Source: Lysobacter sp. (GTDB taxonomy: Bacteria; Pseudomonadota; Gammaproteobacteria; Xanthomonadales; Xanthomonadaceae). Taken from it: DNA of 64,000 nucleotides. How positions within the stretch are numbered: position 1 is the first letter of the stretch; each line of letters opens with the position of its first letter. Location: NCBI GenBank assembly GCA_030151365.1, contig JASLDW010000092.1, positions 35,742 to 99,741 on the forward strand, read 5' to 3'. The notes below the pieces were generated by a model, which did no database searches, had not been told where the DNA came from, and saw only the letters and a program-made list of their open reading frames with translations. This document shows positions 9,967-18,443 of the stretch, in pieces. Both the position numbers and the translations under genes were made by a program.

Positions 9967-10878
9967 TCAGCGCGCGGGCTTGGCGGGCGCTGGTGCAGCC
10001 GGAACTTCCTGGTTTTTGCCGTCCTCGGCCGGCTTCTGGACCTTCAAGGCCGGGTCGTCGATCGGGGTTGGCAATGGTTCAGGCTTCTGGTCCGCCGCCG
10101 GCGCGGCTGCGGCATCGGCGGCTGCCGGAGCCTGGGGTTGGCCCTGGTCGTCGCCGTCCGCCTTGGCCTTCTTGCCGGACTTGGCATCGTCCTTCTTCGC
10201 CAACTGCTTCGGCGGCGGCAACACGCCCGGCGCGGCATCGAGCACCGGCAGGCCGCTGACCGCGTCGATCGGCGCGTCCGGCCCCGGGTGCACGAGGTTG
10301 TCGAGATCGCCGAGGCCGCTGTCCTCGCTGATGATCACGCGTGCGCCCAACTTGGTGATGCCGTAGAGCTTTTCGGCGAAGGCGCGCGGCAGGCGCACGC
10401 AGCCGTGGCTGGCCGGATGACCGGGCAGGCGTCCGGCGTGGAGTGCAAGTCCGTCCCAGGTGATGCGCTGCATGAACGGCATCGGTGCGTCGTCATACAG
10501 GTTGGAGTGATGCATCAACTGTTTTTGCAGGATTTCGTAGCTGCCCGGCGGGGTATCGCGCCCCTTGATGCCGGTGCTGACGGTGCTGACCGCGATGCGC
10601 ACGCCATTGCGATAGACGTGCATGCGCTGTTCGGGCAGGCTCACCACCATCACCACGGGACCGCTCGGCGAGCGGTCGGGCGCCCACGAGAAACTGCCGG
10701 GCTGCAGGATCGCGGCATCGGCATCGATGTCCTGCTGGGTTGCCGGAATCGGCACGGCACTGGCCTTGGCCGCCGCCGGTTTCGTCTTCGCCTTGGGCGC
10801 TGTCTTCTGGACGTCCGCCTGGGCACCGGCAGCAGCCAGTGCCAACGCGACCGCCAACCACCACGTACGCATCTTCAT
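9967..10878 (-). CDS. L,D-transpeptidase (YkuD family) with low-complexity C-terminal tail
   Basis: Signal peptide; VSTG, TPPG, ALHAG...ASHGCVRL. Confidence 0.9.
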   Translation of the reverse strand: MKMRTWWLAVALALAAAGAQADVQKTAPKAKTKPAAAKASAVPIPATQQDIDADAAILQPGSFSWAPDRSPSGPVVMVVSLPEQRMHVYRNGVRIAVSTVSTGIKGRDTPPGSYEILQKQLMHHSNLYDDAPMPFMQRITWDGLALHAGRLPGHPASHGCVRLPRAFAEKLYGITKLGARVIISEDSGLGDLDNLVHPGPDAPIDAVSGLPVLDAAPGVLPPPKQLAKKDDAKSGKKAKADGDDQGQPQAPAAADAAAAPAADQKPEPLPTPIDDPALKVQKPAEDGKNQEVPAAPAPAKPAR

Positions 10879-10982
10879 GTCCCCGGATATTGCCGTTTCC
10901 ACGGTAGCAGTCCGCACGTGAATGCCTGATTTAGATCGGGCACTCCACGAACGGACCGCTCCTGTGGTCCCCTCCGGCTAGA

Positions 10983-12893
10983 TTACTTCTTCGGCGAGAA
11001 GATGTCCGTCAGATAATCCTGAGTATTGGGGATGCGTTCCAGCGCGGGGTAGCGCAGGCCGTCGTGGTAGTCGAGGTTGACCGTGCGGTACTGGTCGAAG
11101 TCCTTGACCAGCAGGCGGATCGGCGCCTTCTTGTCGGTCTTGGCCGCCTTGATCGCATCTTCCAGCGCGTCCTTGCTGTATTCGACGTCGTTGACCGCGA
11201 CGATGGTGTTGCCGGTGCCGATGCCGGCGTTGAAGGCGGGGCCGTCCCAGCGCGCTTCGCCGACCTTGCCGTCCTTGTCGAGCGCCAGGCCGATCGAATA
11301 CACGAAATCACCACCGCCGCCACCGCGGCGACCGCCGGCCTTGGCGGCGGCATTGGGCTCATCCTTGTAGACCAGCTTCCAGCCGGTCGACTCGATCGTG
11401 TTGGCGAACGGCACGCGACCGTCGAGGCGATCGCGCAGGTAGCTCGCCCAGTCGTAGGCGACGACGCCGTTGAGGGTGGCGACCACGTCCTCGAACTTGT
11501 AGAGGTTCTGCTTGCGCCATTCGCCGTCGTTGACGCCGAAGAAGGCCTTGGCGAAATCGTCCAGCGACTTCTGGTTGTTGGTCTTCTGGCGAATGATGGC
11601 GTCGGCGCCCAGCCAGATCAGCTGGCCGGCGGAATAGTAGTCCTCGCTCATCTGGTAGCCGCGGTACGGCTTGGGACGACGCTGGGCGATGGTCGGATCG
11701 TTGGTGGTGTCCTGCACGCTGCGCCACTGCAGGCCGGGACGATTGTCCTGGTAAGTCGCGACGACCATGGCGAGGGTATCGCGCGAACGATCCATCGGAC
11801 GCAGGCCGGAACGCGCGGCCAGCACGTTGCCCCAGTACTGGGTCTGGCCCTCGTACACCCACAGCAGCGAATCCTGCATCGGCGTGTTGAGGTTCGGCAC
11901 CCACAGGTCGGCGCCGCGACGGTACTTGCCGTTCCAAGAATGGGTGTATTCGTGGGCGAGCAGGTCGGTGCTGCCGTCCTTCTCGTTCCAGTCCTTGAAG
12001 TAACCGAGGCCGACGCCGTTCTCGCTGGAACGCTGGTGCTCGAGACCGTTGCCGGTCAGCTGGTTCGAGATCGAGAACAACAGGTTGTAATGATCGTAGT
12101 GCTGGGCGCCGTACAGCTTGACCGCCTGGCGCACCAGCTCCTTGTGGATCTCGAGGTGCTTGGGCTTGGCGACCAGCTCGTCGGCCTCATCGGCAACGAC
12201 GCTGAGATGCACCGGCACCTTGCTGCCTTCCGGCGTCAGGTCGTAGTTCTTGGCGTAGCGGCCGGCGAACACCGGCGAATCGACCAGGATGTCGTTCGGT
12301 TCCTGCTTGTAGGTGACGACGTCGCCGGCCTTCGCGGCGACATCCAGCGCGGTGAACGCTGTCCAGCCGGCCGGGTTGCGCACCTTGGCGACGTAGGGAA
12401 TGCGCGCGCCGTAGTAACCGGCCGGATACAGCAGCACGGTGTTCCACTTCAGGTTGAGCAGCTTCGGCGTCATCTGCGCGCCGCCTTCTGCGCTCGTCGC
12501 CGGCGACAGGTACTGGTATTCGGCGGTCACGCTCGACACGCCGGCCGGCACGTCGACATGGAAGGCGTAGACATTGGCGGGATCGCGCTTCCAGGTCAGG
12601 CGCTTGCCGTTGGCGGTGAACACGAAGCCCGCCATCTTGTCGATCGGGCCGCTCGGGCTGTGCTGGCCGGGAATCCACTGCGAATACAGCAGGGTCAGCG
12701 TGCCCTGGCTCGCGGGGATGGTTTCCTTGACCTTGAAGACGCGCTGCGAAAGATCGGTGGCGTCGACTTCGATGGTGACGGGACCGCCGGGGAAATCGAC
12801 GTCCTTGGGTTCCGGCACCGTCTGCGCCGAAGCGAGGGCCGATGCGAGTGCGAGGGGGAGAATGGCGAGGACGGGCAGGCTGCGGCGCGACAT
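10983..12893 (-). CDS. M61 glycyl aminopeptidase with C-terminal PDZ domain
   Basis: Signal peptide; GLEH, HEYTHSWN, WVYEG, PDZ-like GPAFNAGI. Confidence 0.9.
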   Translation of the reverse strand: MSRRSLPVLAILPLALASALASAQTVPEPKDVDFPGGPVTIEVDATDLSQRVFKVKETIPASQGTLTLLYSQWIPGQHSPSGPIDKMAGFVFTANGKRLTWKRDPANVYAFHVDVPAGVSSVTAEYQYLSPATSAEGGAQMTPKLLNLKWNTVLLYPAGYYGARIPYVAKVRNPAGWTAFTALDVAAKAGDVVTYKQEPNDILVDSPVFAGRYAKNYDLTPEGSKVPVHLSVVADEADELVAKPKHLEIHKELVRQAVKLYGAQHYDHYNLLFSISNQLTGNGLEHQRSSENGVGLGYFKDWNEKDGSTDLLAHEYTHSWNGKYRRGADLWVPNLNTPMQDSLLWVYEGQTQYWGNVLAARSGLRPMDRSRDTLAMVVATYQDNRPGLQWRSVQDTTNDPTIAQRRPKPYRGYQMSEDYYSAGQLIWLGADAIIRQKTNNQKSLDDFAKAFFGVNDGEWRKQNLYKFEDVVATLNGVVAYDWASYLRDRLDGRVPFANTIESTGWKLVYKDEPNAAAKAGGRRGGGGGDFVYSIGLALDKDGKVGEARWDGPAFNAGIGTGNTIVAVNDVEYSKDALEDAIKAAKTDKKAPIRLLVKDFDQYRTVNLDYHDGLRYPALERIPNTQDYLTDIFSPKK

Positions 12894-12977
12894 GGATGAG
12901 GGACTCCGACGGATAACCGTCCCATCCTACGCAGCGGCAGCCCCGGCACCCGTGCCGAAAGTCAGTGGTCGCCGCGG

Positions 12978-14255
12978 TTACGGCGGAACGATTTCTTCCG
13001 GCACCGACGCCAATGGCGCGGCACCGGATTCCATACCTTCGCGTGTGCTGCGCCATGCCACCACCAGCGCCAGCGCGACCAGCACCGCCGACAACAGGAA
13101 CGGAGCGCCGGGAATCTGCACCGGCGTCTTCGGATCGATGAAGTGGGCGAACACGCGGGTGAACAGCAGCGGCCCGATCATCCCGGCGACGCTCTGCAAC
13201 GATGCCAGCGCGCCCTGCAACCGTCCCTGTTCGTGGGGATCGACCTGGCGCGTCATCATCGACTGCACCACCGGACCCGCGATGCCCATCAACGCGCCGA
13301 TCGGCATCAGTGCCAGGAAGATCCAGCCATGTGGCGTGAGCCCGTACCCGGTGAGTGCGATCAATCCGCACAACGTTCCCAGCAGCAAGGCACGACGTTC
13401 GCCCAGCTTCGGAATGATCCTGCCGACGAGGAAGCCCTGCACGATCGCGGTGAGCACGCCGACCAGGCCGAGCACGTAACCGACCTTCCGTTCGTCCCAG
13501 TGGAAACGGTAATCGACGTTGAGCACGAAGGTGGCGTTGTAGGCGTATTGCGCCAGCGCGAACAGGAACACCACGAGGGCCATCGCGAACACCTGCGGAT
13601 AGCGCTTGAGCAACATCAGCGAACCGACCGGGTTCGCGCGCTTCCAGTCGGTGGCCACGCGACGTTCCTTCGGCAACGACTCCGGCAGCACGAACAGGCC
13701 GTAGCAGAAGTTGGCGAGCGAAAGAACCGCCGCTGCCCAGAATGGCACGCGCGGCCCCCAGTGCGACAGCGCGCTTCCGAGCGCCGGACCGACGATGAAA
13801 CCGAGGCCGAATGCCGCGCCCATCATCCCGAACGCGGCGGCGCGCTTGTCGAACGGGGTGACGTCGGCGATGTAGGCGTTCGCGGTGCTGAAACTCGCCG
13901 AGGTGATGCCGGAGATCACGCGGCCGATGAACAGCAAGGGCAGCGTGTTGACCAGCGCCATCAGGATGAAATCGAGTCCGAGCCCGAGGTTCGACAGCAG
14001 GATGATCGGGCGGCGGCCGAAGTGATCGGACAGCGCGCCCTGCACCGGCGTGAACACGAACTGCATCACCATGAAGGCGGTGCCGAACCAGCCGCTCCAG
14101 CGCGTGGCTTCGATGAAGCTGCCCCCGGCCATGTCCTTGATGATGTGCGGGAGCACCGGGATGATCACGCCGATCGCCAGCACGTCGAGCATCACGGTGA
14201 TGAAGATGAAGGCGACGGCGGCGCGCCGTACCTGCGGGAATGTCGAAGCGTCCAT
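12978..14255 (-). CDS. TetA/TCR-family MFS transporter
   Basis: Motif A GALSDHFGRRP, motif C GFIVGPALG; about 12 TM segments. Confidence 0.88.
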   Translation of the reverse strand: MDASTFPQVRRAAVAFIFITVMLDVLAIGVIIPVLPHIIKDMAGGSFIEATRWSGWFGTAFMVMQFVFTPVQGALSDHFGRRPIILLSNLGLGLDFILMALVNTLPLLFIGRVISGITSASFSTANAYIADVTPFDKRAAAFGMMGAAFGLGFIVGPALGSALSHWGPRVPFWAAAVLSLANFCYGLFVLPESLPKERRVATDWKRANPVGSLMLLKRYPQVFAMALVVFLFALAQYAYNATFVLNVDYRFHWDERKVGYVLGLVGVLTAIVQGFLVGRIIPKLGERRALLLGTLCGLIALTGYGLTPHGWIFLALMPIGALMGIAGPVVQSMMTRQVDPHEQGRLQGALASLQSVAGMIGPLLFTRVFAHFIDPKTPVQIPGAPFLLSAVLVALALVVAWRSTREGMESGAAPLASVPEEIVPP

Positions 14256-14263
14256 GTACGGGC

Positions 14264-14860
14264 TCAGTGATGCAGGGCGTCGGCCGCCAGCATCAGCGCA
14301 TGCTCGCGGATGTCGTCGGGCCAGCCGGCCATGTGTTGTTCGAGTCCGGCGACATCCTGCGCGAACAGCGCGCGCGTCGCCTCCTCGAAACCCGGGAAGT
14401 CGCCGGCCATCGCGTGCATGAAGCGATACGCCGCCTCCTGGCAACCGCGGGCGCGGTCGGATTGCGCGCGACTGCGACGTGCATCCTCCACCAGTTTGCG
14501 CAGCGCCACCGATGCGCCGCCGGGTTGCGCGTTCAACCATTGCCAGTGGCGCGGCAACAGCGTGACTTCGCGCGCGACTACGCCCAGGCGCGGACGGCCA
14601 CGGCCACGCCGGGCGGGCGTTTCATCCTGCGGCGCCGCGATCGGCGCCTCGCCGCTGAGGCGTTGCATCAGGTCGGACATGTTGCCGCGCAGGTCGAGCT
14701 CGATCTGGCTGCCGTCGCGATCGTCGAAGACCAGCAGCCGGGCATCGGAGCGGGCATCCATCGCCTGCTTGGCCTTGATCGCCACATGGCGCAGTTCGCC
14801 GGCGGCGACACGGCGGCCATCGACGAAGGCGGTACAACGGGTATTGGGGCTGTACGACAT
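14264..14860 (-). CDS. DUF2239 family protein
   Basis: GRGRPRLGVVAREVTLLPRHWQWL..QPGGAS, AGDFPGFEEATRALFA, WP.D. Confidence 0.85.
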   Translation of the reverse strand: MSYSPNTRCTAFVDGRRVAAGELRHVAIKAKQAMDARSDARLLVFDDRDGSQIELDLRGNMSDLMQRLSGEAPIAAPQDETPARRGRGRPRLGVVAREVTLLPRHWQWLNAQPGGASVALRKLVEDARRSRAQSDRARGCQEAAYRFMHAMAGDFPGFEEATRALFAQDVAGLEQHMAGWPDDIREHALMLAADALHH

Positions 14861-14889
14861 GCGCAGGCAGGAGATCCGGAGTCCCGCGC

Positions 14890-14918
14890 ATTCTTTTATA
14901 CCCGGATTAAAATGTCAA
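14890..14918 (-). promoter_or_regulatory. Sigma70 promoter of DUF2239-MFS with a palindrome in the spacer
   Basis: TTGACA-17 nt-AAGAAT on -; near-palindrome TTTTATACCCGGATTAAAA at 14894-14912. Confidence 0.65.
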
Positions 14919-15124
14919 GAATGATCGCTCACGGTCCCGGGCGCCTCGTCTTCCACTTCGTGGATGGCGTCGTCCAGCGCCGCCTGCATGCCGATCTTGC
15001 ACAACGTATACAGCGTCTTCGCCTCGACGGCGTTCAGGCCTTTCACGATCAGGCGCACTTCTCCGAACTCCGACTTGAACAGTCGGTCGATGGTCAATTC
15101 GGATTGGGTGTGTGGCTGCGCCAT
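14915..15124 (-). CDS. Small hypothetical protein (69 aa)
   Basis: MAQPHTQSELTIDRLFKSEFGEVRLIVKGL...; GC3-rich codons; GAAGGG upstream of ATG. Confidence 0.65.
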   Translation of the reverse strand: MAQPHTQSELTIDRLFKSEFGEVRLIVKGLNAVEAKTLYTLCKIGMQAALDDAIHEVEDEAPGTVSDHS

Positions 15125-15191
15125 CACCGGCCCTTCACTCTTCTGGGAAAAATCGCGTGAAGATATTGTGTGGAGGCCGCGCTGCGTTCGA

Positions 15192-15230
15192 TCTCGCGGC
15201 ACGCGAACGCAGGGTTCGCGTTGCGCGAAC
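15192..15230. promoter_or_regulatory. LysR-type binding region (perfect box plus degenerate box 22 bp away)
   Basis: GTTCGCG-TTG-CGCGAAC 15214-15230 (T-N11-A with dyad symmetry); TCTCGCG-GCA-CGCGAAC 15192-15208. Confidence 0.6.
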
Positions 15231-15260
15231 AAACCAGGGGGAGGCTTTCGCCTCCCCCTG
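15229..15260 (-). terminator. Intrinsic terminator
   Basis: 11-bp perfect stem CAGGGGGAGGC-GAAA-GCCTCCCCCTG followed by GTTTGTT on -. Confidence 0.75.
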
Positions 15261-15440
15261 ATCAGGATCGCCGAGGACTGGCGCTCGTGGATCCGCTGCG
15301 CATTGCGGGAGGGAGCAGCGGAACCCCGGTATCGAACGGATGGATGCCCGTACCGGTTTTCCCGATCCAAGGGGATGGACCAGGAAGCAAGCGAGGCGGT
15401 TGCGCCGGCTACCCCCTGCGGCCAATGCGACCGCCCGCTC
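15229..15440 (-). ncRNA. Putative small RNA with consecutive hairpins bearing C-rich loops (5' end approximate)
   Basis: Hairpins 15359-15386 (loop UCCCCU), 15326-15356 (AUCCAUCC), 15289-15325 (UCCCUCCC...), 15266-15286 (AGUCCUC), then terminator; G-U pairs in the first two work only on -. Confidence 0.6.
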
Positions 15441-15496
15441 GCCGCCAATGTCGGCCTTGGGCGACGCCTGAACCAGTCAGATGCGGGAAACACGCC

Positions 15497-15513
15497 GTTC
15501 GCGCCTCGCGAAC
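15497..15513. promoter_or_regulatory. Second copy of the LysR-type palindrome
   Basis: GTTCGCG-CCT-CGCGAAC, arms identical to 15214-15230. Confidence 0.6.
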
Positions 15514-15549
15514 AGCCTTGGCACGGCCATTGCCGACCAGGCCGCGGGA

Positions 15550-16452
15550 TCAGTCGCCGGCTGCGCCGGCTTGCGCGGGCGGAACGGCATCACGCAGGAA
15601 TTCGAGCAGTAGCTGTACCTTGCGCGATGCCCGCCGGCTGCGCGCGTAGACCATGGCGACGTGGCCGCGCGGCAGCTGGAGTCCGGGCAGCACCCGCGCC
15701 AGGCGTCGCGCCGCCAGATCCTCGGCAACGATCGCTTCCGGCGCCATCACCACGCCCAGCCCGGCGCGTGCGGCTGCCAGCAATTGGCGATGATCGATGC
15801 AACGCATGCGTTCGCGCACCCGCAACGGCGACCAGTTTTCACCGGTGCGATGGCGCCAGTCATCGTTGCCGTCCGGCATGCCGAGCAATGCCTCGTGCCC
15901 GGACAGCTCCTCCGGCGTGGCCGGCGTGCCGCGTTGTTGCAGATAGTCCGGGCTGGCGCACAACACCCGGTTGAATTCGAACAGCGGGCGCGCGATCAAG
16001 TCGGCGTCTTCGGGGTCGCCGGGCTGGAGCGCGACATCGAAATCGGTCTCGGCGAGGCTGCCCGGCCTGAAGGCATCGACCTGCAAGGTCACTTCCGGGT
16101 GTTCCAGCGCGAAACGGTTGAGCAGCGCCGCGATCTCGCCGTCGTGATAGCCCGGCGCGACGACGACCTTGAGCAATCCTGAAACGATGTTGTTGAAGCC
16201 GGAGGCGAATTCGTTGGCGGCCTGGATCGATTCGAGGATGCGCACGCATTTGGCGTAGTACACCGCGCCGACTTCGGTCGTCCTGGCGCCGCGCGCGCCG
16301 CGCTCCAGCAAGGTGATGCCGAGCGCCTTCTCGAGATCGCCGAGGCGCCGGCTCACCACCGACTTGGTGGTGTCGAGGCGATCGGCCGCCGCCGTCAGGC
16401 TGCCTGCCTCCACCACGGCGACGAAGGTCGCCATGTCATCGATCTGGATCAT
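15550..16452 (-). CDS. LysR-family regulator (CrgA/DmlR-like)
   Basis: FVAVVEAGSLTAAA..L....SVVSRRL..LE..LG..L; LCASPDYL..RGTP..PEEL. Confidence 0.93.
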   Translation of the reverse strand: MIQIDDMATFVAVVEAGSLTAAADRLDTTKSVVSRRLGDLEKALGITLLERGARGARTTEVGAVYYAKCVRILESIQAANEFASGFNNIVSGLLKVVVAPGYHDGEIAALLNRFALEHPEVTLQVDAFRPGSLAETDFDVALQPGDPEDADLIARPLFEFNRVLCASPDYLQQRGTPATPEELSGHEALLGMPDGNDDWRHRTGENWSPLRVRERMRCIDHRQLLAAARAGLGVVMAPEAIVAEDLAARRLARVLPGLQLPRGHVAMVYARSRRASRKVQLLLEFLRDAVPPAQAGAAGD

Positions 16453-16479
16453 CCCCCGCCACATCCCGGATATTCCATC

Positions 16480-17943
16480 TCAGACATCCGCCAGCAGGAT
16501 GTCGAGCGCTTCCTCGAGGGTCGCATCACCGATGCTTCCGGGTACCCGGATCCGGTTCCCGACCTGCGTCCAGCCATCGCGCCCCGCTTCGCCCGCATCG
16601 GCATCGACGATCAGCATCGGCTGCGTGATCGCCTTGCCGGATTCATCGCCGTCATCGACCACGGAGGCGCGCAAGTCGCCGCTGCGCAGCAGGGCCTGCA
16701 TGCGCCCGTTCGCATGGCTTTCGATCGCCGGCACGCCCTTGCCCTGCAGGATCGCGACGACACGCCTGGCCAGCGCGCCATCCTTCAGGGAAACCACGAC
16801 AAGGCGCGCATCGAGCGTGGGCGTGGAAGCCGCCGCGGCGACGCCCGGTGCCAGCGCGGGGATGCGGATCCACAGCAGATGCCCGCCCTCGACGCGCTCG
16901 ACCAGTTCGACGGCGGCATTCAACCGCTGCAACAGGTTCTGGCTGGCCGCGAGCAGCAGGCTGCCGCGCGCGTTGGAATGCAACAGGTCGACGGTGGTCA
17001 CCAGTTCGCCGAAGCGTTCCGCCGACAGGCCGCTCGGCTCGGCCTCGAGTTCGATTTCGAGGTGCTGGTCCTTGGTCGCCAGCGCCACCCGCAATTCGCC
17101 GCGTTCCATGCCATCGAGCGCATGCACGACGAGATTGACGAGCAGGCGGCGCAGGGCGAGGTCGTCGACTTCGATCAGCGCGGTGTTTTCCGGGATGCGC
17201 AGTTCCAGCGCGATGCCGCGCATGCCCGCCTGCAAGGCGAACGAATCCTGGAGGAATCCGGCGAGGCGATCGAGGCTGATCATGCCGCGCTGTTCCTTGC
17301 CGGTCGCCAGCTCGCCGAGGCCGACCAGCGCATTCGACGACAACGCATCCAGGCGCATCACCGCGTGCTGCATCGCCGCCACCGAGTTCAACGCCGCGGA
17401 ATCGCCGTGCAGCTTGCGCGCGAGCAACTGCACGTGGCCGGTCAGCAGCAGCAGCGATTCGCGCATCTCGGACGAGACCATCTCGAGCAGGCCCGCGCCC
17501 TGGCGGAACACCCTGTCGCCCGCCGGCGACGCACTCCCGCGCGCGGCGTCGCGACGCTTGCCCGCGGCCTTCTCCATCCGCTGCTGGTCGAGTTCGGCTT
17601 CATGGTCGAGTTGCTGGCGTTCGCGCAACGCCTGCATCGCCGCCGAGACATCGCGCAACACGAAATGACGGAGGTCGTTCTCGAAGAACAGGTTGACGTC
17701 GGCGTAGCGTCCGTCGGATACCTCGACCGCGCCCAGCCGTTCCGGCAGCCCGCCTTCACCGCAGGCCAGAAGCGCCAGGCGCGAAATCATGGCATCGACG
17801 CTGTCGCCCGCACTGACGAAGGCCTCGAGGTCGCCGACGATATCGACGACCTTATCGTCGCCATCCAGCGTCACCACCACGGGCAACGTGGCCATGCCCC
17901 GCTCGGGCTTGCCGCTGCGCGATCGCGTCCGCGCCGGCCCCAT
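16480..17943 (-). CDS. Degenerate hybrid histidine-kinase-like protein (probable pseudokinase); alternative start 17895
   Basis: PAS-like N-terminus, coiled coil, HisKA-like VSSEMRESL, HATPase-like LRRLLVNLVVHAL...GELRV, receiver-like C-terminus; TGATG coupling to GTPase stop. Confidence 0.75.
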   Translation of the reverse strand: MGPARTRSRSGKPERGMATLPVVVTLDGDDKVVDIVGDLEAFVSAGDSVDAMISRLALLACGEGGLPERLGAVEVSDGRYADVNLFFENDLRHFVLRDVSAAMQALRERQQLDHEAELDQQRMEKAAGKRRDAARGSASPAGDRVFRQGAGLLEMVSSEMRESLLLLTGHVQLLARKLHGDSAALNSVAAMQHAVMRLDALSSNALVGLGELATGKEQRGMISLDRLAGFLQDSFALQAGMRGIALELRIPENTALIEVDDLALRRLLVNLVVHALDGMERGELRVALATKDQHLEIELEAEPSGLSAERFGELVTTVDLLHSNARGSLLLAASQNLLQRLNAAVELVERVEGGHLLWIRIPALAPGVAAAASTPTLDARLVVVSLKDGALARRVVAILQGKGVPAIESHANGRMQALLRSGDLRASVVDDGDESGKAITQPMLIVDADAGEAGRDGWTQVGNRIRVPGSIGDATLEEALDILLADV

Positions 17944-18443
17944 CACGCCAGCGTCCGCGCCAGTGCGGCGAAGGCTTCCTCGACGCCGGTGGCCAGCTTG
18001 GCGCTGGCGGTGAACGTCGGCAGCTGCCCCTGCAGTTCGCGGATGCGTTCCCGCGGAATCGCCCAGGCATCGGCGAGATCGGATTTGTTGAGCATCAGCA
18101 CGCCCGGGATCTCGCGTCCCAGCAGGCGCCAGGCCTGCCCGCGCAATTCCAGCGCGGTATCGACCGTGTCCTCGCGGGTGCCGTCGGCGACCAGCAAAAT
18201 GCCTTGCGCGCCGATCACGTAATTGCTGCGCAGCTGGTCGAGCGTGTTGGCGCCGGCGATGTCCCACAGCACCAGGCGCATCTGCAGGTCGTCGTCCAGC
18301 ATCATCGCCTTGCTGTCGACGCGCACGCCAACGGTGGTCAGGTACGTGTCGGAAAAGGTGTTGCGCACACTGCGCGCGACCGTACTGGTCTTGCCGACGG
18401 CGAAATCGCCGAGGAGGATGATCTTGCGGGAAATCGACTTCAT
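17943..18443 (-). CDS. Rab/Ras-like small GTPase (166 aa)
   Basis: G1 GDFAVGKT, G2 YLTTVG, G3 WDIAG, G4 NKSD, G5 SAK; ATGA overlap with upstream gene. Confidence 0.92.
   Translation of the reverse strand: MKSISRKIILLGDFAVGKTSTVARSVRNTFSDTYLTTVGVRVDSKAMMLDDDLQMRLVLWDIAGANTLDQLRSNYVIGAQGILLVADGTREDTVDTALELRGQAWRLLGREIPGVLMLNKSDLADAWAIPRERIRELQGQLPTFTASAKLATGVEEAFAALARTLA

Noticed and set aside
12978..14255. Acquired tetracycline resistance gene
   Set aside because: Host-like composition, no tetR or mobile element nearby; substrate cannot be inferred from sequence
14915..15493. 192-aa ORF as given in the track
   Set aside because: Its 5' two-thirds run through a strong terminator and hairpin array; only the last 69 codons look coding
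15180..15520. CRISPR array or riboswitch in the structured intergenic region
   Set aside because: No equal-length repeat-spacer periodicity, no cas genes, and no aptamer consensus that I recognise
15519..15533. Sigma54-like TGGCAC-N5-TTGC on +
   Set aside because: Points antisense into the 3' end of lysR with no plausible gene downstream; possibly chance, though antisense transcription is not excluded
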